Positions 48,723-53,823 of a DNA stretch of 64,000 nt are shown here, in pieces. Numbering within the stretch: the first letter of the stretch is position 1; every line of letters begins with the position of its first letter. Under the pieces are notes generated by a model that searched no databases, had not been told where the DNA came from, and worked only from the letters and a program-made list of their open reading frames with translations. The DNA is taken from the IMG/VR virus record IMGVR_UViG_3300012943_000031, positions 1 through 64,000 of that record, one strand, 5' to 3'. The stretch comes from a virus. A program made the translations under genes and the position numbers.

Positions 48723-48793
48723 GCCCTATTAGTATAATGGAAGTATCTGAGAATACGAATCTCAGGGTAGGAGTTCAAATCTTCTATAGGGTT
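48723..48793 (+). tRNA. tRNA-Arg(ACG)
   Basis: TGAGA-ATACGAA-TCTCA. Confidence 0.85.
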
Positions 48794-48820
48794 CTGGTAC
48801 ACTTCTTGCTATATGAAAGT

Positions 48821-48997
48821 ATGGTAATGAAAGGTAAAAATAAACTAGAAAGAATGGAATTACGTGCTGCTAAAAGATTTAACAGACGTTCTAAGAAAAT
48901 AAAATTCCATCTTACTAATGATTGGAGTTGGACATTTCCTATCCCTAAAGAGGGAATTCCAAAAATAGTTGAAGAAATATTTGGAAACGGCAAATAA
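48821..48997 (+). CDS. Small basic hypothetical protein
   Basis: MVMKGKNKLERMELRAAKRFNRR...; the longer start in the track overlaps tRNA-Arg. Confidence 0.5.
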   Translation: MVMKGKNKLERMELRAAKRFNRRSKKIKFHLTNDWSWTFPIPKEGIPKIVEEIFGNGK

Positions 48998-49011
48998 ATG
49001 TCGTATCTTTG
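48980..49011 (+). promoter_or_regulatory. Promoter of tRNA operon 2
   Basis: TTTG-N20-TATCTTTG. Confidence 0.85.
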
Positions 49012-49038
49012 TATTATAAAATTTAAAAGCAGCAAATA

Positions 49039-49113
49039 ATGTACTTAATAAATATGATAGTGGATAGAATTAATGGGGCAGAGAAATCTGGCTCTGGACT
49101 TCTATTGTCATAA
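49039..49113 (+). CDS. Leader peptide 2 (attenuator), MYLINMIVDRINGAEKSGSGLLLS
   Basis: Codons 4-16 give I,N,M,V,D,R,G,A,E,K, exactly the ten amino acids of the downstream tRNAs. Confidence 0.8.
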   Translation: MYLINMIVDRINGAEKSGSGLLLS

Positions 49114-49177
49114 TCATAGTACTGATTACCAATATTTTAGAAGCCCAGAGCCTACGAAAGTTAGCTCTGGGTTTTTT
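49053..49177 (+). terminator. Attenuator 2
   Basis: 1:2 TATGATAGTGGA / TCTATTGTCATA. 2:3 GGCTCTGGACTTCTA 49090-104 / TAGAAGCCCAGAGCC 49138-152 (14 of 15 pair). 3:4 AGCCCAGAGC / GCTCTGGGTT with U-tract. Confidence 0.85.
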
Positions 49178-49180
49178 AAT

Positions 49181-49253
49181 GCCCTTGTAGCAAACTGGTT
49201 GTAGGCAATAGTCTTTTAAACTATGGGGTCTGGTTCGATTCCAGACGGGGGTA
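49181..49253 (+). tRNA. tRNA-Lys(TTT)
   Basis: ATAGT-CTTTTAA-ACTAT. Confidence 0.88.
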
Positions 49254-49261
49254 CACAATAT

Positions 49262-49333
49262 GCAGGATTAATTCAATGGTAGAAATCCATCTTTACATGG
49301 TGGAAGCTGGGAGTTCGAGTCTCTCATCCTGTA
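49262..49333 (+). tRNA. tRNA-Val(TAC)
   Basis: CCATC-TTTACAT-GGTGG. Confidence 0.88.
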
Positions 49334-49339
49334 CAATAA

Positions 49340-49411
49340 CTCTCTATAGCACAATGGAAGTGTAACTGCCTTCTAAGCAGTTTGGTATAGGTTCGAATCC
49401 TATTAGAGAGT
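49340..49411 (+). tRNA. tRNA-Arg(TCT)
   Basis: ACTGC-CTTCTAA-GCAGT. Confidence 0.9.
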
Positions 49412-49456
49412 CAGGTCAGTTTTCCAATTCTGCGTGGAGTACAAAATTGGATATAT

Positions 49457-49528
49457 TCCTCATTAGCTCAATGGTAGAGCGCAAAGCTGTTAACTTTGGA
49501 GATTTAGGTTCGAGTCCTAAGTGGGGAG
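49457..49528 (+). tRNA. tRNA-Asn(GTT)
   Basis: CAAAG-CTGTTAA-CTTTG, G73. Confidence 0.92.
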
Positions 49529-49538
49529 CATAATTACA

Positions 49539-49613
49539 TGTAGGGTGGACTGGAGATGGTTCCAGCTTGGTCTCATAAGCCAAATGACAGGGGTTCGAAT
49601 CCCTTCCCTGCAT
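49539..49613 (+). tRNA. tRNA with CAT anticodon (Met; initiator vs elongator unresolved)
   Basis: TTGGT-CTCATAA-GCCAA. Confidence 0.85.
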
Positions 49614-49618
49614 CTATA

Positions 49619-49771
49619 CTGTAAGGTGGTGAAATAGGCAGACACATCCACTTGTCTCGTGGACACAGATAAAGAAATAGATTAGGTATAATGGGGTTGA
49701 CCACTAATGTTTAACTTATTGTGTATCTAATTGAATCTCTGTATGAGTGGTTCAAATCCCTCCCTTACAGC
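49619..49771 (+). ncRNA. tRNA-like RNA (GTC anticodon) with an ~80-nt hairpin variable arm
   Basis: Acceptor CTGTAAGG/CCTTACAG, D-arm GTG-AAATAGGCAGA-CAC, TCCAC-TTGTCTC-GTGGA, long hairpin 49664-49744, T-loop TTCAAAT. Confidence 0.7.
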
Positions 49772-49776
49772 AACAT

Positions 49777-49850
49777 TGCACATTAGCCAAGAGGTCTAAG
49801 GCATCACTCTCATAAGGTGACATTCATGAGTTCGAATCTCATATGTGCAA
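49777..49850 (+). tRNA. tRNA with CAT anticodon (Met or lysidine-Ile2)
   Basis: TCACT-CTCATAA-GGTGA, A73. Confidence 0.88.
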
Positions 49851-49879
49851 CATTTGATAATTTTCCTTATATTTGTAAA

Positions 49880-50347
49880 ATGGAAAAGTATTTCAGAACA
49901 GAGCAAGGAGAAAGAGTAAATATAGTTGAACACACTTTGGAACAAATCCAGAAGTGGCCCAACCTAGAGATTTACATAGCAACAGACTCTCAAGACCAAG
50001 GTGGAAAGAGTAGATATGCTACAGTAATTGTCTACAGATATGGGAAAAGAGGTGCTCACTATATATACTTTAGAGAAGACGTACCACGTTGTAAGGACAT
50101 GTATACTCGTCTATATGATGAGGCTGTTCGTACAATTGATACAGCACAGTTAATAGACAGTGAGATACCTGTTAAGTTTGCCGGGTTAGAGTTTGACTAC
50201 AATAACCTACCAAGACATAACAGTAACAAATTACTCTCTTCTGTAAGAGGATGGGTAACAGGATTAAATTACAATGCTGTCTTCAAAGGTGATGAATTAG
50301 TAGCTGCAAAAGCTGCTGACCATGTTTGTAGACACAAGAATATATAA
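49880..50347 (+). CDS. RNase H-like YkuK/DUF458 family protein
   Basis: IYIATDSQ...YATVIV...RLYDEAVRTI...DYN...AAKAAD motifs; ATG after TATATTTG. Confidence 0.8.
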   Translation: MEKYFRTEQGERVNIVEHTLEQIQKWPNLEIYIATDSQDQGGKSRYATVIVYRYGKRGAHYIYFREDVPRCKDMYTRLYDEAVRTIDTAQLIDSEIPVKFAGLEFDYNNLPRHNSNKLLSSVRGWVTGLNYNAVFKGDELVAAKAADHVCRHKNI

Positions 50348-50382
50348 GAGATGGATTGCAGCACTCTTTAAAATGCTGATTT

Positions 50383-50456
50383 GCAGAGGTAGTTAAATGG
50401 TATAATGCCTTCCTTCCAAGTAGGATTTGGGAGTTCGATTCTCCTCCTCTGCTCCA
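50383..50456 (+). tRNA. tRNA-Gly(TCC)
   Basis: Loop CTTCCAA, U73, CCA encoded. Confidence 0.92.
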
Positions 50457-50457
50457 T

Positions 50458-50529
50458 GCATTAGTAGCTCAATGGTAGAGTACTACCTTGCCAAGGTAGG
50501 AGTTGACAGTTCGAATCTGTTCTAGTGCT
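50458..50529 (+). tRNA. tRNA-Gly(GCC)
   Basis: CTACC-TTGCCAA-GGTAG. Confidence 0.92.
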
Positions 50530-50535
50530 CAATAA

Positions 50536-50609
50536 CATGCTGTCATCTAATGGCTTAGGATAACGGACTTTCAATTCGTTCATGTCGGGTTCAATTCCCA
50601 CCAGCATGA
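50536..50609 (+). tRNA. tRNA-Glu(TTC)
   Basis: ACGGA-CTTTCAA-TTCGT. Confidence 0.88.
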
Positions 50610-50632
50610 CTAACAACTAAAGTCGAAGGACA

Positions 50633-51031
50633 ATGAGTAAACAAAGTAACCAAAAGAAGACTGAACAATTGGGTATGCCAATTGGTACAGCAAGTAATAG
50701 ATTGAGGAAATCAATTATCTTTAATCTGTTAAAGAAAGCAAATGAGAATTTCTGTTTCCAATGTGGAGCAGAAATAGAATTAGAGAATGAATTATCAATA
50801 GAACATAAGACTCCATATCTGGATTCTGAAGACCCACAAGGTCTGTTCTTTGATTTAGATAATATAGCTTTTTCTCACCTGTCATGCAATGTAGGTGCTG
50901 CAAGACAGACTCATAGAGTAAAGAATCATGGCCTGACTCTCTACAAAGATGGTTGTAGATGTGGTATTTGTGTGACAGCACAAAAAGAATCTTGGTCAAA
51001 ATATGATAAGAAGAGAAGAGTAAAAACGTAG
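50633..51031 (+). CDS. HNH endonuclease (free-standing, homing-type)
   Basis: CFQCG...LSIEHKTP...NIAFSHLSCN and C-terminal GCRCGIC. Confidence 0.8.
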   Translation: MSKQSNQKKTEQLGMPIGTASNRLRKSIIFNLLKKANENFCFQCGAEIELENELSIEHKTPYLDSEDPQGLFFDLDNIAFSHLSCNVGAARQTHRVKNHGLTLYKDGCRCGICVTAQKESWSKYDKKRRVKT

Positions 51032-51103
51032 GTGTAGTGTAACGGTTTAGCATATCTGCCTGTCACGCAGACGGTAGGAGTTCGAATCTCCCATCTACGG
51101 CCA
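51027..51103 (+). tRNA. tRNA-Asp(GTC), apparent 8/4 fold
   Basis: CGTAGGTG/CATCTACG 8-bp acceptor plus G-CCA, 4-bp T-stem GGAG/CTCC, anticodon arm TCTGC-CTGTCAC-GCAGA. Confidence 0.88.
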
Positions 51104-51105
51104 AT

Positions 51106-51178
51106 GTTGTTGTAGCTTAATGGTTAAAGCTCATGTCTTATACACATGTGAGTGAGAGTTCGAGTCTCTCCAACAACA
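51106..51178 (+). tRNA. tRNA-Ile(TAT)
   Basis: CATGT-CTTATAC-ACATG. Confidence 0.88.
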
Positions 51179-51187
51179 CACAAATAT

Positions 51188-51262
51188 GTTGATATAGCTC
51201 AATGGTGGAGCACTTGTCTGATACACAAGAGGATGAAGGTTCGAGTCCCTCTATCAACACCA
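51188..51262 (+). tRNA. tRNA-Ile(GAT)
   Basis: CTTGT-CTGATAC-ACAAG, CCA encoded. Confidence 0.92.
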
Positions 51263-51265
51263 TAT

Positions 51266-51338
51266 GGGGGTGAAGTTCTAGTGGATGAACACCTGTCTTG
51301 CACACAGGAAGTTGTGGATTCGAGTTTCACCACCTCCA
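51266..51338 (+). tRNA. tRNA-Ala(TGC)
   Basis: G3.U70 pair, CCTGT-CTTGCAC-ACAGG. Confidence 0.9.
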
Positions 51339-51341
51339 CAT

Positions 51342-51372
51342 AACCTACTGATAATCAGTCAGTAGGTTTTTT
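51342..51372 (+). terminator. Terminator ending tRNA operon 2
   Basis: AACCTACTGA-taatcag-TCAGTAGGTT-TTTT. Confidence 0.8.
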
Positions 51373-51409
51373 ATTTGGTAAACTGGCAGGATTTTTGTAC
51401 CTTTATAGT

Positions 51410-51883
51410 ATGATAACAGCAATAGTTATGCTCAGTATAGCACTTATAGTGGCAATTCTTCTTCTCCTTAGAAAGGAGGAATGTGAAGAGTCAGGATATA
51501 TTGAAATATCATTTATTATTAATAATACAAAAATAACAGGAAAAAACATGGCATTAACAGCATTCCCACAACAAAAAACACCTTTCATTCTACAGCCGGT
51601 AGATAGAAAAGGTAATCCAGCACAAGTTGAAGCTGGAACAGTAGTTTTCACAGTAGATGATCCATCAATTGCAGAAGTTCAGGTAGACCCAACAAATGAG
51701 TTGGCAGGTACTATCATAACTAAAGCAGTAGGTGTAACACAGATTAATTATTCTGCTGATGCTGACTTAGGAGAAGGTGTAACAACTATTTCAGGTTTTG
51801 ACGCAATTGAAGTTAAAGCTGAACAAGCAGTTGGATTTGGTATCACTTTTGGCCCATCAGAGGACATAGAGGAAACACCTTAA
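51410..51883 (+). CDS. Membrane-anchored Ig-like (Big-2-like) protein
   Basis: TTTG-N20-TACCTTTA promoter, N-terminal TM, FTVDDPSIAEV...ITKAVGVTQI pattern; an alternative ATG lies at 51548. Confidence 0.6.
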   Translation: MITAIVMLSIALIVAILLLLRKEECEESGYIEISFIINNTKITGKNMALTAFPQQKTPFILQPVDRKGNPAQVEAGTVVFTVDDPSIAEVQVDPTNELAGTIITKAVGVTQINYSADADLGEGVTTISGFDAIEVKAEQAVGFGITFGPSEDIEETP

Positions 51884-51891
51884 AAGAAAAA

Positions 51892-51923
51892 TTTGGAATT
51901 TTATTCTCAGTACCGTATATTTG
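51892..51923 (+). promoter_or_regulatory. Promoter of the suppressor tRNA / Pth2 unit
   Basis: TTTG-N20-TATATTTG, overlapped by a 12-bp inverted repeat (51908-51941). Confidence 0.8.
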
Positions 51924-51934
51924 TGAAAGTATAC

Positions 51935-52006
51935 GGTACTGTAGTTTAATGGCAAAACAGCAGTCTCTAAAACTGAATAGTGTGGGTTCGATCCCCATCA
52001 GTACCA
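51935..52006 (+). tRNA. Amber suppressor tRNA (CTA anticodon)
   Basis: Acceptor GGTACTG/CAGTACC, A73, CAGT-CTCTAAA-ACTG, GTGGG-TTCGATC-CCCAT. Confidence 0.88.
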
Positions 52007-52023
52007 CAATTAAACCAAATACA

Positions 52024-52500
52024 ATGAGTAAGTAGATGGAAATCCAGAAACTGGTAACTGTGACCAGAACTGACTTACCTGAAGGTTATCAGGCAGTACA
52101 GTCAACACATGCAGCAATTGATTTTGTTTTTGAACATCCTACACGTGCTGGCCCTTGGCATAAAAACAGTAATACGTTAGTGATGTTAACAGTAAAGGAC
52201 ACGAAAGGTCTCCTTCACCTAATGAGGAAGTGTGATTATCTGTCTATAGCTTATACTGTTTTCAGGGAACCAGATATTGGTAACCAAATCACAGCCATCT
52301 GTATGGAGCCTCATGAGGAGGTTTACAAGATGGTTAGTAAGCTACCTTTATTAATACCAAAAACACAATCAAATGAATACCAAGACACTATCAATCAAAG
52401 CCAAGTTAGCCAACCAAGTGAGAACAATCTTCTACAAGAAGTGGGATGTGACGAAAATCACAGAACACGAACAGAAGAGGATGTTGAGAGAGTTAGCTGA
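52024..52500 (+). CDS. Pth2-family peptidyl-tRNA hydrolase-like protein, with in-frame TAG at codon 4
   Basis: KLVTVTRTDLPEGYQAVQSTHA...LVMLTV...FREPDIGNQITAI fits the PTH2 pattern. ATG AGT AAG TAG ATG at 52024-52038, with the A-rich leader before the first ATG. Confidence 0.75.
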
Positions 52501-52648
52501 GTTAACTAAAGAAGTTCACTATGAGTTAAATCTCTACAAGGGTAAGAGAAGAGATAAGAAAATACTCTTAGAAAAGAGGTTAGAAGCCCCTCAAACAAAG
52601 ACCATGAAGAAGAAACTGAAAGGTCACAGAAAAGAAATTTCAAAATAA
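52373..52648 (+). CDS. Basic hypothetical protein
   Basis: ORF track; AAAAACACAATCAA leader. Confidence 0.55.
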   Translation: MNTKTLSIKAKLANQVRTIFYKKWDVTKITEHEQKRMLRELAELTKEVHYELNLYKGKRRDKKILLEKRLEAPQTKTMKKKLKGHRKEISK

Positions 52649-52649
52649 A

Positions 52650-52681
52650 TTTGGAAATCGTGAAAAAAGGTTGTATATTTG
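52650..52681 (+). promoter_or_regulatory. Promoter of tRNA operon 3
   Basis: TTTG-N20-TATATTTG. Confidence 0.85.
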
Positions 52682-52685
52682 CAGT

Positions 52686-52733
52686 ATGAAAATAACATCA
52701 ACATATAGTTCCTTGTCGTTACTCTATAGCTAA
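52686..52733 (+). CDS. Leader peptide 3 (attenuator), MKITSTYSSLSLLYS
   Basis: Codons 7-15 are only Y,S,L, the amino acids of the downstream tRNAs; ATG 4 nt after the -7 box. Confidence 0.8.
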   Translation: MKITSTYSSLSLLYS

Positions 52734-52814
52734 TAGAGCCGGGAATACTATGTGTCAAAAATAACTATCTTGATTTTACATAACATGACCCGGTATTTCT
52801 ATACTGGGTTTTTT
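52702..52814 (+). terminator. Attenuator 3
   Basis: 1:2 CATATAGTTCC / GGAATACTATGTG with inner CTCTAT/ATAGAG. 2:3 CCGGG 52739-43 / CCCGG 52789-93, plus TATGTG/TACATA. 3:4 ACCCGGTAT-ttct-ATACTGGGT-TTTTT. Confidence 0.78.
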
Positions 52815-52821
52815 GTTTTAT

Positions 52822-52895
52822 GGCATTGTGATGGAACTGGGATACATACCTGTCTTAGAAACAGTTTTTTGTGGGTTCGAATCCCACCTTTGCCA
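52822..52895 (+). tRNA. tRNA-Leu(TAG), short variable region
   Basis: CTGT-CTTAGAA-ACAG; acceptor stem has two T.T mismatches. Confidence 0.8.
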
Positions 52896-52898
52896 CAT

Positions 52899-52977
52899 GC
52901 TCCTATGGTGGAACGGTATACACGTCAGACTTAAAATCTGATCTTAATTGATGAGAGTTCGAATCTCTCTAGGAGCA
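52899..52977 (+). tRNA. tRNA-Leu(TAA)
   Basis: TCAGA-CTTAAAA-TCTGA, A73. Confidence 0.9.
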
Positions 52978-52978
52978 C

Positions 52979-53204
52979 AACAACCATAAACTATCGAGTT
53001 ACAACTTGCTGGGTACTTACTGGGTACTTGCGGGGTGTAATTAGGAAACTCAGCACATCTCTGCTTAAAATGGGAGGACTAGCAATCCGTTATTACCAAA
53101 GAGGATGAAACTCAAACAGACTAAGAAGGTGAGCAGTTCTATGAAGTCGGGTTAGAGGATTAGACAAATGATAGTTGATACAGAAAGCTGGTTATTGGGT
53201 TGTT
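52979..53204 (+). ncRNA. rnpB: Minimal RNase P RNA (~226 nt)
   Basis: P1 AACAACC/GGTTGTT, P2 AACTATCG/TGATAGTT, CR-I AGGAAACTCAGC, TAGACAAATG, CR-V ACAGAAAGCTGGTTA; P4 AAC(T)CAGC/GCTGGTT with the bulged U. Confidence 0.82.
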
Positions 53205-53209
53205 AAATT

Positions 53210-53299
53210 GGTGGGCCCCAGATGACAGAGGTACTCCGTCTTGAAAACGGCTATAACGGTAATCATTCCGTTGTAAGGGTTGGACTCCCTTGCCCACCT
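53210..53299 (+). tRNA. tRNA-Ser(TGA), atypical D-arm and T-loop
   Basis: GGTGGGC/GCCCACC, CCGT-CTTGAAA-ACGG, long variable arm, T-loop TTGGACT. Confidence 0.78.
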
Positions 53300-53306
53300 C
53301 AAATAA

Positions 53307-53396
53307 GGAGAATAGACGAATATTGGTTTGTCGTAACTACCTGCTAAGTAGTTCTGTGTAACAGCAGTAAGAGTTCAATTCTCTTATTCTCCGCCA
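53307..53396 (+). tRNA. tRNA-Ser(GCT)
   Basis: ACTAC-CTGCTAA-GTAGT, variable arm, G73, CCA encoded. Confidence 0.9.
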
Positions 53397-53400
53397 ATAT

Positions 53401-53473
53401 GGGATAGACAGCAGGGCACTGTAGACGGTCTGTAAAACCGAACTATGTAGAGTTTCGAATACTCCCTATCCCA
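53401..53473 (+). tRNA. tRNA-Tyr(GTA), short variable region
   Basis: GGGATAG/CTATCCC, A73, CGGT-CTGTAAA-ACCG. Confidence 0.8.
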
Positions 53474-53512
53474 CATTAACTTTTCTTTAACAGAAAAAAG
53501 TCTTACCTTTGT

Positions 53513-53537
53513 AGCCTCCTTCGGGAGGTTATTTTTT
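53513..53537 (+). terminator. Terminator ending tRNA operon 3
   Basis: AGCCTCC-TTCG-GGAGGTT-ATTTTTT. Confidence 0.75.
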
Positions 53538-53823
53538 GCCACCCAGTTATGGTACTGAGGTAAACGCCTACACGAGGTAGGATAGTTCCTTACAGAAGTT
53601 GGATTGGTAGCCCTAAATAAGGGTGAGATTTTCTCCAATAGTGGCGCAATGTTTTGAGTAAGAGGTAGTTGGTATCCAAGGGATTGGTCATTTCTATGAC
53701 GTGTGAGGAGGATACTGGGGTAACAATGCACTGGCTATCTTCAAGTGAGAAACAGTAAGTTAAAAAATTCATAAGGGATTGGTGTGTCTAATTGATGGCA
53801 CATTAATTGATTACATATTAAGT

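Noticed and set aside
49619-49771. Group I intron-containing tRNA or tmRNA
   Set aside because: The insert is only ~80 nt, forms a simple hairpin and lies outside the anticodon loop; there is no G3.U70 Ala acceptor or tag ORF.
47889-52814. T-box riboswitches as the explanation for the terminators before the tRNA operons
   Set aside because: No T-box consensus (AAGGTGGNACC) or stem I motifs are present; translated leaders with matching codons explain the layout better.
47695-53772. ORF-track entries over the RNA island (47695, 48208, 48784, 49070, 49416, 50721, 51152, 52752, 53384, 53590)
   Set aside because: They overlap tRNAs, attenuators or real genes and have no protein-like features.
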